DNA of 64,000 nt, from the IMG/VR virus record IMGVR_UViG_2791355477_000007, one strand, 5' to 3'. Source of the DNA: a virus. Its lineage: Duplodnaviria > Heunggongvirae > Uroviricota > Caudoviricetes. The translations under genes were made by a program, and so were the position numbers. Below are positions 28,770 through 38,711 of this stretch, piece after piece (the stretch's first letter is position 1; each line of letters begins with the position of its first letter). The notes beneath the pieces were generated by a model, which saw nothing but the letters and a program-made list of their open reading frames with translations, was not told the origin of the DNA and did not search any database.

Positions 28770-29495
28770 CTATTTGTTATTGAGCTTCTTGTACAGCATT
28801 TCCTGTGTTTTTGATGCTCCATGTGGATTTTGCCCTGCTTGATTATAAGAAGGATGGTTTGGATGTGCATCAATTAGGTCATTGTAAATTTTACGGCCAT
28901 CGTTTGGCACACAGACAGTCCCGACATATTCATAGGTTGGAAGAGCTTTTCCGAATGCTCTTGTCTCAGAATTAGGTCGTTTCATGTTCTCTATCATAAG
29001 TTCTGTTAGTAACTCTCGTTGTTTTTGCATGTCAGTGATTTTTTGTTCATGAATCATTTCTCGTGCTTGCAAGTCTGCAACAAAGGTACTGCCATCGAAT
29101 AGATACTCATCCTTATAGACTAACCAACAGTGATGAACAGGACGACTTCCTGATAAAAGCCAACCTACATATGTTTTTAAATCTTCTTGGGGAATACCTG
29201 ATTCTAAAAGACCTGCATATACTCGTTCTGTATTTCGATAGCAATATCCAGTCATTAGCTCTTGTTCATCAAAAGCCTTCTTAATCGTCTCAAAATGCTC
29301 GACTTCAGGTGTTAATGGTTTTGTATTAGCGAAACAGAAGAAAGCAATTGTACGCTTATTAGTGAGGGGATACAATTTAGATGGAACTGTTACATTCCCT
29401 TCACGAGATTTAATCATTATTTTATCTTTACGAACCTTTAAATAAGGTGCGTATTGTTCTAAGAATTCTTGTGTAGAAGCATTTAATTGAATCAT
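28770..29495 (-). CDS. hypothetical protein (241 aa)
   Basis: ORF, cluster member. Confidence 0.4.
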   Translation of the reverse strand: MIQLNASTQEFLEQYAPYLKVRKDKIMIKSREGNVTVPSKLYPLTNKRTIAFFCFANTKPLTPEVEHFETIKKAFDEQELMTGYCYRNTERVYAGLLESGIPQEDLKTYVGWLLSGSRPVHHCWLVYKDEYLFDGSTFVADLQAREMIHEQKITDMQKQRELLTELMIENMKRPNSETRAFGKALPTYEYVGTVCVPNDGRKIYNDLIDAHPNHPSYNQAGQNPHGASKTQEMLYKKLNNK

Positions 29496-29547
29496 GTCAT
29501 AATCCTTTCTAAAAGAGGGTTATTTTATTTTTATGATTTAATTCGAA

Positions 29548-29895
29548 TTACTTACGGTTAATCTTTATTTGAATCTCCAATTGGTCACCAATTTGAAGTG
29601 CATTTATGTTCATTTGTTTTAGTAATTCATCCATCATTCGCATATCAAGTAAATGATACGTTGTTTTTGTACTTTGGTCAAAGGTTCTACCATCTTTTAA
29701 ATTCGGTATATTCCCGACCTGTATGTGTAGATTCACAATGTTTGAAGATGGCTCCATATAAAATCGTCTTTCAGGAAATTGAGCACTTATCTTTGAAAGG
29801 GGATCAAGTGCAGTTAGATAAGATAAATTATCTGCAATTATTGTTTTGTCAGTTTTTGTTTCTTCCATTACTCTATATCGCGTATCAGTTTCCAT
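29548..29895 (-). CDS. hypothetical protein (115 aa)
   Basis: ORF, cluster member. Confidence 0.35.
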   Translation of the reverse strand: METDTRYRVMEETKTDKTIIADNLSYLTALDPLSKISAQFPERRFYMEPSSNIVNLHIQVGNIPNLKDGRTFDQSTKTTYHLLDMRMMDELLKQMNINALQIGDQLEIQIKINRK

Positions 29896-29899
29896 AATC

Positions 29900-30118
29900 T
29901 CATCTTATTTCTTTAACAAATAGCAGAAGTAGTAGCGTAAAGAATACGCATCCTGCAATCAATACAATACGAACCTTGTTATTAGGTGTAATTCTTTTAA
30001 TATCTATATCTATTATCATAAGAACAAGTAAAATCGTGGCGATTGCATAAATCATCCACATTAAAAATGGATATTGGGTACTAATAAAATGATGAACAGT
30101 GTGAATGAATGGAATCAT
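29900..30118 (-). CDS. small membrane protein (72 aa)
   Basis: two TM helices; 4-nt gap to neighbours. Confidence 0.4.
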   Translation of the reverse strand: MIPFIHTVHHFISTQYPFLMWMIYAIATILLVLMIIDIDIKRITPNNKVRIVLIAGCVFFTLLLLLFVKEIR

Positions 30119-30120
30119 GT

Positions 30121-30543
30121 TTAATACTCCATTTCTTGTTGAATAGCAATACTTTCAAAACCATCATGACATTTAATTCTCCAACGACATCCAGTAGGAA
30201 TCGCTACAATTTCGAATGGATTTACTTTTTCTTCTAATAAATAGTCATAGTCATTACTGGCATCGGCTCCAAGCGTTCTAATAACATCAATGACATCTGT
30301 ATTTGTACGGAAAGCAATATCATTTTCTTTATGTTTGAACCAGTTAATATGATAGCCTTCGTTCACATATCCAAACTTTGTTCCTGGAGTCTTATAAATA
30401 ATATCTACATTAGCATCTAAAGGTTTATGCTCCTCGGTAAAAGTAGTACAAGACCAGTTTCGTTCTTTCATTAACCATTGCACAGCTTCTGAAGAAAGAG
30501 AAAACACACCATACTTTCTATATAGCACAATTTCTTTGCTCAC
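30121..30543 (-). CDS. hypothetical protein (140 aa), first gene of minus-strand cluster
   Basis: ORF; TTAACTATAGTTTACA box 25 nt upstream. Confidence 0.4.
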   Translation of the reverse strand: MSKEIVLYRKYGVFSLSSEAVQWLMKERNWSCTTFTEEHKPLDANVDIIYKTPGTKFGYVNEGYHINWFKHKENDIAFRTNTDVIDVIRTLGADASNDYDYLLEEKVNPFEIVAIPTGCRWRIKCHDGFESIAIQQEMEY

Positions 30544-30766
30544 GTTCTATCACCTCATGTTTTTCATTAACTATAGTTTACATTAATAATTAAATCTTGT
30601 AAAATATAATTTACTTATAGTTTTCAAAAACCATGTGAATAAGGAGAGAATGAAGTTTTAGTCTTTTAATGCAATCTTGAATATTGTATTTTGTGCTCAT
30701 CTATAATGAATAGATATATAAATAACAGGTGAATTTCAAATTCGTATAAAACAAGGAGAGAATAAA

Positions 30767-31288
30767 ATGACAAAATTAAAAGAACTACAATTCGTAACAA
30801 CAAATGGAGACAATATTGGACTTATTACAGATATTGATGTTTCTTTACATGCTAACGACACAGAAATTTATGTATTTGATGAAGAAACAGATGAAGATTT
30901 TGGAGGAATAGTTGTAAAGGAGAAAACTGTTCGATTATTAACTGAAGAAGAAATTCAAGAACGATTAGGAAACATTAAATGTGATTATAAAAAATATGCA
31001 TATTTCATTATTGGCTTAAATAATATGAACAAACTTGAGAAATATCATATTCCAGAAAATGAATTTGTTCAACAAGCTCGAATAGATTCTACATATTTCT
31101 TGGAAGGATTCAAAACAACACAAAGTGATTTACTAAAACATAATGGAAAATCATTTACTGTTTTAAGAATGCTAACAAAGGAAGAAGCTGACCTTGAAGA
31201 TGTTGGTAGAATGTATAAAATCCAATTATCTTCAGGAGAAATCTTAGATGCTTTTGAAGATGAGATTGTAATATTCCCATCAAAATAA
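30767..31288 (+). CDS. hypothetical protein (173 aa)
   Basis: AACAGGTGAATTT box + RBS AAGGAGAG upstream. Confidence 0.4.
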   Translation: MTKLKELQFVTTNGDNIGLITDIDVSLHANDTEIYVFDEETDEDFGGIVVKEKTVRLLTEEEIQERLGNIKCDYKKYAYFIIGLNNMNKLEKYHIPENEFVQQARIDSTYFLEGFKTTQSDLLKHNGKSFTVLRMLTKEEADLEDVGRMYKIQLSSGEILDAFEDEIVIFPSK

Positions 31289-31364
31289 GTCCTTATTAGG
31301 ATGATATTTGATACAAAATCAAGACAATGATTCATTTTAAGTATAAACACAGGAGGATTTTATA

Positions 31365-31781
31365 ATGATTGATTTTAAAGAGAAATTATCGGAAGATGCA
31401 GATGTTTCAGTGGAGGTATTTGAAAAGTTTCATACATTTTTAGAGAATGATTTATTTGGAGAACTACCAGAAGGAACAATTGTTGAATTGAGTTGTGCAT
31501 ACACAACGCTAAGTTATCTGAATGTAAGGTATATTGTTCGTATTCCAAATCAGGCAGTTTTGAGTTTAATAGTGTTGGGCTTTAAATCGTTTACTGGAGG
31601 AGAACGCTTTATTCATACTGATTTTTTAAGAGGCGATTGTGCAATTGTAAATCATGCTGTAAATAAAACATTATGGGGTGTTAATGTTTTTGAAGGAGAA
31701 TTCCAGGACTATAAAGCGATTTTATACAATCAAATAATTCCGTTGTGCGAGAAGTATAAATATCAAGCATTGCAAAAGTAA
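31365..31781 (+). CDS. hypothetical protein (138 aa)
   Basis: RBS AGGAGGA. Confidence 0.4.
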   Translation: MIDFKEKLSEDADVSVEVFEKFHTFLENDLFGELPEGTIVELSCAYTTLSYLNVRYIVRIPNQAVLSLIVLGFKSFTGGERFIHTDFLRGDCAIVNHAVNKTLWGVNVFEGEFQDYKAILYNQIIPLCEKYKYQALQK

Positions 31782-31880
31782 GACATTGATTCATTTCAGT
31801 GTCTTTTTTTATGTCTGTTGGAATGAAACTGTATCACTATGTTGATAATGATGAATAGTAGCTATTAAGGAGATGTAACT

Positions 31881-32195
31881 ATGTGGTCAAAAGAAGAAAT
31901 CATCGTAAGTTTAGAAAACCATGAGGTTGTGAAGTGGAAACTGGCTCAGTACCTGAATCTTGAGAAGCCATGGAATAAATACAAGCGAGATGAATTTGCT
32001 TTATTGTTATCACAAGAATCTTTGCAAAACGAATCGCTTAGAGATATATTGGTGAATGCCAGAAAACAACGATTAGCACATGAGGAATTAGAGAAATTGT
32101 ATTTCATAGACCATAATACAAATCCACCAATCAAAAGAAACATAGATTGGGTAATGGCATTACAGAAATATAAAAAAGAAACCAAACGATGTTAA
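31881..32195 (+). CDS. hypothetical protein (104 aa)
   Basis: RBS AAGGAGATG. Confidence 0.4.
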   Translation: MWSKEEIIVSLENHEVVKWKLAQYLNLEKPWNKYKRDEFALLLSQESLQNESLRDILVNARKQRLAHEELEKLYFIDHNTNPPIKRNIDWVMALQKYKKETKRC

Positions 32196-32529
32196 ATTCA
32201 TTTCTTTTTGTCGTCTCAAAACGATAAGTATTCTTTACTTAATGAGATATACACCTATTTATTCCGAAAAGTTACGTTTTCGGAATAAATAAAAAATCGA
32301 TAAAAACAATCATAATCCCTCCTCTTTTTGATTATAAACTTTTCATGTTGAATTTTTAGGGTTTTGATAAAGTTATCCAATCTGCAAATATTTAACCTTG
32401 GATTGTTTGTTCGTGAAGTTGATTGTTAAACGATGGTTGAATTTATGCTTTGTATATAAAAAAGACCTCAACAAGAGGTCTAAATGTTTTTGATAATAGA
32501 TAATTATGTATGTAAGCAATATCCTCAAT

Positions 32530-33024
32530 TTACTTTACGAATATATACTGCATATTTGTGACTCTGTGATTCACCCAATTATTATAATTGTTTTCATTTC
32601 CAAAAGAGATTTCTTGAAAACCTTCTTTTGCTTCTTTACATAGTTCTTTATTTTGATAATTGGAAAATACGCTATATTTTTTGTAGGTTAAATCTTTATC
32701 CTGTAAATATAAGATAACTTCATCCATGAATGCTTCTAATTTCTTTTTGTTTTTAAAGTTTTTAATTAGCAGGTCCATCTGAACATTTAATCGTAAAGAG
32801 TGAATGTCATTAGCAAATGGTATAATATATTTTTCTATTTTTTCATCATAGTAAGTTAACAGATTACATCCATCATTTTTATGGACATCATAATACACAT
32901 TTGATGCAGTTATAAATAAATTCATATGTTTATTTAATGTTATGCCAATGTTTGGTTTTAATCCATCGTATATATTTAATTGTTTTTGACATTTACCATT
33001 TCCGTTCCAGTAAATGTTTTTCAT
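32530..33024 (-). CDS. hypothetical protein, tandem paralog 1 of 2
   Basis: ~55% identical to 33143..33640 (NGKCQK...NIG.T.N..MNLFITAS.VYYDV...WVNHRV); own AAACAGGTATT box. Confidence 0.45.
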   Translation of the reverse strand: MKNIYWNGNGKCQKQLNIYDGLKPNIGITLNKHMNLFITASNVYYDVHKNDGCNLLTYYDEKIEKYIIPFANDIHSLRLNVQMDLLIKNFKNKKKLEAFMDEVILYLQDKDLTYKKYSVFSNYQNKELCKEAKEGFQEISFGNENNYNNWVNHRVTNMQYIFVK

Positions 33025-33142
33025 ATGAACTCTCTCCCTTTTTGCTCACTCATTAGTTTTAATGAATACCTGTCTGTTAATTATCTGTTCTTATTATATA
33101 ATAAATAAAAAAATAAGCCCTATAAAGAGCTTATTTCATAAC

Positions 33143-33640
33143 TTATTCTACCCATGTGAATTTCCAATTGTCTACTCGATGATTTACCCAATCATCGTAA
33201 TCTTCTTGTAGACCAAAAGTTACTTCTGAAAGGCCTTCTTTCATATTCTTTGATAACTCTTCTTTTTCATTACTAAAGAATACTCGGAATACTTCAAAAT
33301 TCAAATCCTTGTCTTGTAAATATAAAATAACTTCATCCATAAACGCTTCTAATTTCTTTTCATTCTTGAAGTTTCTAATCAGTGTTTTCATTTGAACGTT
33401 TAATCGTAAAGATTTAATATCATCAGCAAAGGGCATAATATATTCCCTTATTTTTTCCTCATAGCAATCGGCAAGATTACATCCACCATTGTTGTAAACA
33501 TCATAATACACGCTACTTGCAGTAATGAATAAGTTCATATATTGATTGGATGTCATTCCGATATTCGGCATTAATCCATCAAGTTTATCCAATTCCTTTT
33601 GATATTTACCATTTCTATTCCAATAAGTGTTTTCCATCAT
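33143..33640 (-). CDS. hypothetical protein, tandem paralog 2 of 2
   Basis: see previous; flanking intergenic regions also duplicated (AAAATAAGCCCTA.AGAGCTTATTT terminator). Confidence 0.45.
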   Translation of the reverse strand: MMENTYWNRNGKYQKELDKLDGLMPNIGMTSNQYMNLFITASSVYYDVYNNGGCNLADCYEEKIREYIMPFADDIKSLRLNVQMKTLIRNFKNEKKLEAFMDEVILYLQDKDLNFEVFRVFFSNEKEELSKNMKEGLSEVTFGLQEDYDDWVNHRVDNWKFTWVE

Positions 33641-33754
33641 AATTCTCTCCCTTTTAATTAATTGATTTTAATCAATACCTGTTTTATCATATCTCCGTAT
33701 TATATGCATAATAAAATAAAAAATAAGCCCTAATAGAGAGCTTATTTATAAAAT

Positions 33755-34225
33755 CTATAATTCTTGTCTAACATAAACCTTTTTCATTTCTGCTACAATG
33801 CAGATATTAGATTCAGAAATTGCTCCTGTAAAACATCCCGCAGTTGTGAAAGAGATTTTTTGATTATTTTCATCGTATGTACCATCTTCATTTAATTCAA
33901 TTGCAAGAATTCGATTTTCATAGGAAGTTGTTCGATTTCCAACCGTAAAATAAGGTAGAGATTCTTTTACATTCAATATTAGGTATTGTCTTTGACCACG
34001 AGATTCATCGTTATTGGGCTCTCCATGTACAAAATCATATTTTCCTAAAAACTTTTCATAAACCCATTCATTACTATACTGACCAACATATATAATGCCA
34101 TCTTTAGTATTACCTTTAATGAAATCATCAGATGTTACAACTTGTCCTTCTTTTAATTTTGTATTCATTAGATTACACTTCCCTTCTCTTCTCTTTTTAA
34201 GCAAATACAGATGGTTAACGAGCAT
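33755..34225 (-). CDS. hypothetical protein (156 aa), operon gene 3
   Basis: start overlaps stop of upstream gene. Confidence 0.4.
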   Translation of the reverse strand: MLVNHLYLLKKRREGKCNLMNTKLKEGQVVTSDDFIKGNTKDGIIYVGQYSNEWVYEKFLGKYDFVHGEPNNDESRGQRQYLILNVKESLPYFTVGNRTTSYENRILAIELNEDGTYDENNQKISFTTAGCFTGAISESNICIVAEMKKVYVRQEL

Positions 34226-34754
34226 CTGCTATATGTTCCTGAATAGGTTGTAATTCACCGACAAACTGAAAGGTTTTCATAATGAATTCATCTAAATACT
34301 CTCTTGTAATACCATTGAACTGACCTACCCCTCCTTTATGTAAATACATAAGCTGAATAAATGCCTCATGTAGATGATTGTATTTCCCCTTTAATATAAT
34401 TGAAAGAGTTAGCCAGTGTTCCCCTATGCCACATGGATAGAATGTATTATCCGTTACATCAATTACCCCACGTCTATTATCTGTTTCAATCTGTTTCTGC
34501 TCTTTATAGTAGTCCGTAACTAAAGAAGGATTACCCGCCAATTCCATTCCTTGTGTCATTGCTTTATTAATAAAGACTTGTAAAAAGTCTTTAGTTTTTT
34601 CATCAGTAAATTCAACTCCATATTCTAAAGCGATTTCGCTAAAAATATCATTGGCCACTTTTTCTTCATAGAGCATAAAAGCTTCTTTTAATTGTTCTTC
34701 AGTTAGACCACGAATTGGTTTTTGTTCACGTTTGAAAAATGTAGTTGTTGTCAT
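34215..34754 (-). CDS. hypothetical protein (179 aa), operon gene 2
   Basis: 4-nt overlap with gene 1. Confidence 0.4.
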   Translation of the reverse strand: MTTTTFFKREQKPIRGLTEEQLKEAFMLYEEKVANDIFSEIALEYGVEFTDEKTKDFLQVFINKAMTQGMELAGNPSLVTDYYKEQKQIETDNRRGVIDVTDNTFYPCGIGEHWLTLSIILKGKYNHLHEAFIQLMYLHKGGVGQFNGITREYLDEFIMKTFQFVGELQPIQEHIADAR

Positions 34755-35041
34755 GAATAACGCTCTCTCTTCTGTTTGATTTTACTGACCTTGATTTCGT
34801 TTCCTTTATTATCTTCTACAATTAAATGTTCTCCAGGATAAAGACTCCTTAATGCTAAGTCAAATCCTGTTTCTCCCACTTCACAAGCTTGCATAACTTG
34901 TAGGTCTTTTAATATATTGATACATTCCTCTATTGAACCTGCTTTTTTAACTGATAGTTCTGTATGGATTCCGAATGACATATCAATTGCCTCCCTGCTC
35001 TTTCTTATTTTTATTCTTTTGGGAGGTGTTTGTTTCCACAC
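34751..35041 (-). CDS. hypothetical protein (96 aa or shorter), operon gene 1
   Basis: likely true start at internal MSFGIH (GGAGG RBS). Confidence 0.35.
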   Translation of the reverse strand: MWKQTPPKRIKIRKSREAIDMSFGIHTELSVKKAGSIEECINILKDLQVMQACEVGETGFDLALRSLYPGEHLIVEDNKGNEIKVSKIKQKRERYS

Positions 35042-35164
35042 GTTTAAAACAATCTTTTAATTGCCCCACTAATTTACTTTTAAATCCCTTAAAATCCATT
35101 GTGCATCCTCCTATTTCAATTTATAAATCATGAGAGTTTATAAAACTCATAGGGTTTAATACAT

Positions 35165-35641
35165 TTAAGCCCCTATGCCCTCTCCTATAAACTTGAATTT
35201 TCCACGACAATTTCTGTGAACATACTTTTTTTCATACCCTTTCATTCGAGCATGTATGGTTTCTCCGCATTTTTTACACTCGTAGCAATATACTTTCCCT
35301 TTAAATTCATATGTTCGAGTTCTTGAAGAGCCAACCCTTGCTAATTCTTGTTTGAAATAAGTATCTTTATCCCTAAAGGGTTTTCCTTGTATAAAACAAG
35401 CATAATGGACCAATTCATGCTTTAAAACGTCAATAATAATATCTTTTTCTTGATGAATTATAAGGTTTTTAGACAAGCGAATTACTTTAGGAACTCTCTC
35501 TTTTACGCTTTTCACATAAAACACTCCAAAAGTAGATGTCATTTTAGAACTAATTTCAATATTTATGGTTAATGGAAGTCCATATTCTTCTTGTAAAAAG
35601 TCTTTTGCAATTGCGCTTAATTCTTCTACTGAGAATTTCAT
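35165..35641 (-). CDS. SprT-like zinc metalloprotease domain protein
   Basis: HELVHYACF (HExxH) followed by C-terminal zinc ribbon YECKKCGE...HRNCRGKF; paralog of next gene. Confidence 0.6.
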   Translation of the reverse strand: MKFSVEELSAIAKDFLQEEYGLPLTINIEISSKMTSTFGVFYVKSVKERVPKVIRLSKNLIIHQEKDIIIDVLKHELVHYACFIQGKPFRDKDTYFKQELARVGSSRTRTYEFKGKVYCYECKKCGETIHARMKGYEKKYVHRNCRGKFKFIGEGIGA

Positions 35642-35675
35642 GTCTTTCCCCTCTCTTCTCTATTAATAATCAATT

Positions 35676-36164
35676 CTATTTCAAGATTCCTTCCTCTATA
35701 AAACGAAATTGTCCATTGCAATGATTATGAAGATATTTCTTTTCAAAATGTTTCATTCGGTGAAAAAAGGAGTACCCACATTTTTTGCATTCATAATAAT
35801 ATACAATTCCTTTATAAGGATATTTTTTTGATTCTAATACCCCTAATCGTTGTAGTTCTTGCTTAAAGTAAGAGCTACCATCTGTATAGGGCTTTCCATT
35901 TACAAAACAGGCATAATGAATCAATTCATGCTTTAAAATATCGAAAATGGCTTCCTTCTCATGGTATAAGAGTAGATTCTCAGATAACCGAATCACTTTA
36001 GGTGTACGTTCTCCTGTATACTCGTTTATTTCACCATAAAAAATCCCGAATCTACGAGTCATTCTTTTCGATATTTCGATATTTACCACAAAAGAAATAT
36101 CATATTCTTTTCTCAAGAATTCTTTTGCAAAGTCGGTTAGTTTTCCTATTGATATTTTCATCAA
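35676..36164 (-). CDS. SprT-like zinc metalloprotease domain protein
   Basis: HELIHYACF + YECKKCGY...HNHCNGQF. Confidence 0.6.
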   Translation of the reverse strand: MMKISIGKLTDFAKEFLRKEYDISFVVNIEISKRMTRRFGIFYGEINEYTGERTPKVIRLSENLLLYHEKEAIFDILKHELIHYACFVNGKPYTDGSSYFKQELQRLGVLESKKYPYKGIVYYYECKKCGYSFFHRMKHFEKKYLHNHCNGQFRFIEEGILK

Positions 36165-36300
36165 TCAAATACAACCCCTGTCTATGTATTACACATTTAT
36201 AGTAAAATATATTTTACCTTAAGTCAACAAATGTCTTGTTCTCTATCTTTCTTGTGGTAAAATAACGTATAGAATTTAGTAAATGAAGGGGTTTTTACGG

Positions 36301-36609
36301 ATGTTTTATTTTGGAATCTCAGAAAAAGAAGGATGGTACTATACATCTACGTTTAATGTGTACCAAAAAGTAAACCAGGATGTATATTGCTATGTGAGTC
36401 AATATTTTGGCTATTAAACGGTTCAATTATATGAACGTGGCACAACAGGTCTATGTACATTAGAAGCACGTTCTAAAGGTGATATTGATGCTCTATTTGC
36501 ATTAGGTGAACAATGGCTGTCAGAGCATAAAGATTGGGATGGAGAAAAATTAAAAAACAGCCCGTACTCGATTTCACAAATGGAATGGAGAGAGAACTGT
36601 TGGGTCTAA
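36301..36609 (+). pseudogene. ~102-codon reading frame interrupted by a single in-frame TAA (codon 39)
   Basis: MFYFGISEKEGWYY...YFGY*TVQLYERGTTGL...MEWRENCWV: same frame continues for 64 codons past the stop; RBS GAAGGGG upstream. Confidence 0.35.
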
Positions 36610-36613
36610 TAAA

Positions 36614-37109
36614 TTTCAATAACAAATAAGTGTAATGTAAATATTCAAGAAAATAAGCTGTACATACGTTTTTATAACATTTAGTTTTTTATAGATGATA
36701 TCTAACAAGCCTGGTGTTTCAATAACAGGAAGTTCTTTTTATATGGTAGTAAATAATACTTTAAATTCTTTGTAATAACAAAAAAGTTTTTCAGGATGAA
36801 TCATATACTTAAATTAATAACATCATCTCTTTTAATAATAAATATTTTGTTTTTGATGTGATGGTTTTACATCTATTTAATAACATATAGTTCTCTTTAT
36901 AAATAGGTATACTATACCTTAAGCATAATTTGATAACATGTAGTTCTTTTAAAAAAAGTATTGTAGTAACTGACCCAAAATTTTAATAACAGGAAGTTCT
37001 TTTTAAAATAAAATTTGACATTATACTGAAACTTTGAAATAACATTAGTTTCGCTTTTTTAGTGATTTAGGGTTAAAATTCAAATATTTTATTCCAATAA
37101 CACCTTATC
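36614..37109 (-). repeat. array D of the same 19-bp repeat family, inverted orientation, ~11 units
   Basis: plus-strand reads TTTCAATAACAnnnAGTTC etc. at ~36614,36668,36718,36768,36812,36880,36928,36985,37037,37093. Confidence 0.7.
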
Positions 37110-37395
37110 TTACATCATTTTTTAATAATAATTCATTCAGTTTTTTCTTGAATATTTCAATTTCCGAATCACTTTTTACCATATTATCAATATCATAATT
37201 AACAATAAACTCTTTAACCTGATTATCAAATAAAATTCCTGAGCTGTATTTATTCTTGAACCATTCCTTTTGTTTTAATATATAAAACTTTTTCTTAAAT
37301 ATTTTTTGTTTCTTGGAAGGGATTAAAAGAAAAAGTTGTCCTATTGCTCCTCCTATAAATTCAATCATTGCCCTCAACATCCTTTCTTCTATCAT
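37105..37395 (-). CDS. hypothetical protein (96 aa)
   Basis: ORF; TTGACTATAGTTAAC box at 37604 lies ~210 bp upstream of its start. Confidence 0.35.
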   Translation of the reverse strand: MIEERMLRAMIEFIGGAIGQLFLLIPSKKQKIFKKKFYILKQKEWFKNKYSSGILFDNQVKEFIVNYDIDNMVKSDSEIEIFKKKLNELLLKNDVR

Positions 37396-37683
37396 TACTA
37401 TTGAATCAATAAAATACTTATCTATATTATAGTGAGTATTCTTTCGCAGTATGTTCTTTCTTTTTGTTCTTAAAAGATTTTCATTCCTACATGAAATCTT
37501 GAATTGCTACGGCTGTTTGAGCATGGTATTCAATCATGTCTCGTTGTACACTGCTCATCGGTACATCCCTTTTACATTAAGTAACTACATAATAACACAT
37601 TTATTGACTATAGTTAACATAAAAATAAAATTGTAATTTTTGAAATGAAAAAAGAGAATCTACAATAGATTCCCTTTTTTGTC

Positions 37684-38523
37684 TTATGGTCGAACTTCTC
37701 TTTCTAATCGTTCAATTTGGTCAATTGGTAAATCTGTCATTTCAGCAACATCACTTATTGACATGGCTTTATATTTTTTTAAGAGTTTTTTTGCTATTTC
37801 TCTCTTTTCTCCATTAATTTGAGTTTTAGTATCAGAGAGGAATTTTTCACGCAAATCATACATCCGTTTTGTTTCCTCATCTGCACTCAAGCGTTTTAAT
37901 TTGCTTTCAGCTTTGGCAATCGTTTTATCCATTTCAATTACCTCCTCTAAAGTTTTCTCAGGAACATCTTCTTGTAAAAAGAGTAGCCATCTATGAAGGT
38001 TATTATTCAAGTCAGCAGTATACTTCTTAAACTTAGGATACTCAATGAAATGAATTTCTAATAGCTCTGTAAGAAGTGTTTTTTCTTGACTCTCAAATAA
38101 TTGATACTTGGAATGAAAATTATTGATTGGTAGCATATCGAAATTAAGAATATTAATTGCTATGGTTTTTGTTAAAGTAGTATAATCTTCGCCCTTTTTA
38201 AAGTTCTCTGTATAGAGTTTCGACCAATAAAACAGAGTTCTTTCAATCATATTGTGTTGATTCGATAATTGGACTTCAATATTAATCTTTTCTTTTGTTT
38301 GGGACATAGTAGCCTTGATATCAAGAATGCCTTGTTTGTCGTTAATATTTTCAATACTTAATTTTTCTGATTCTATAAGTAAGTCAGTTACTTCAAATCC
38401 TAATAATGCTGTTAAAAAGCCCTCTAAAAAATCTAAACTATCTTCTTCCCCAAAAAGCTTCTTAAAAATAACATCATTTAGTGGTTTTAATCTTACTGTC
38501 ATATTGCACTTCCCTATATTCAT
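37684..38523 (-). CDS. Rpn/YhgA-like PD-(D/E)XK nuclease family putative transposase
   Basis: N-terminus RLKPLNDVIFKKLFGEE and overall layout typical of B. cereus-group Rpn paralogs; paralog of 50934..51788. Confidence 0.75.
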   Translation of the reverse strand: MNIGKCNMTVRLKPLNDVIFKKLFGEEDSLDFLEGFLTALLGFEVTDLLIESEKLSIENINDKQGILDIKATMSQTKEKINIEVQLSNQHNMIERTLFYWSKLYTENFKKGEDYTTLTKTIAINILNFDMLPINNFHSKYQLFESQEKTLLTELLEIHFIEYPKFKKYTADLNNNLHRWLLFLQEDVPEKTLEEVIEMDKTIAKAESKLKRLSADEETKRMYDLREKFLSDTKTQINGEKREIAKKLLKKYKAMSISDVAEMTDLPIDQIERLEREVRP

Positions 38524-38711
38524 TATAGTGATTTTTCGCGAATAGAGCTACTTTATTAATCAAAAGTTTAAGTTATAAAAGGTGTACATTTCAATATACT
38601 ACTTACAATTGTATTACTCATCCGAGTGAAAGAAAAGTCCATTATATTAAAGAGATGAAATAAAAAAAGAGAACCTACAATAGATTCTCCCTGTTTTCGT
38701 TAGAATAATGA

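Noticed and set aside
17963-37109. Interpreting the 19-bp repeat arrays as CRISPR arrays
   Set aside because: Repeats are only 19 bp and degenerate, with only the AACT...TGTTAT core invariant. Spacer lengths vary 30-46 bp. Spacers resemble each other (block duplication). No cas genes in 64 kb.
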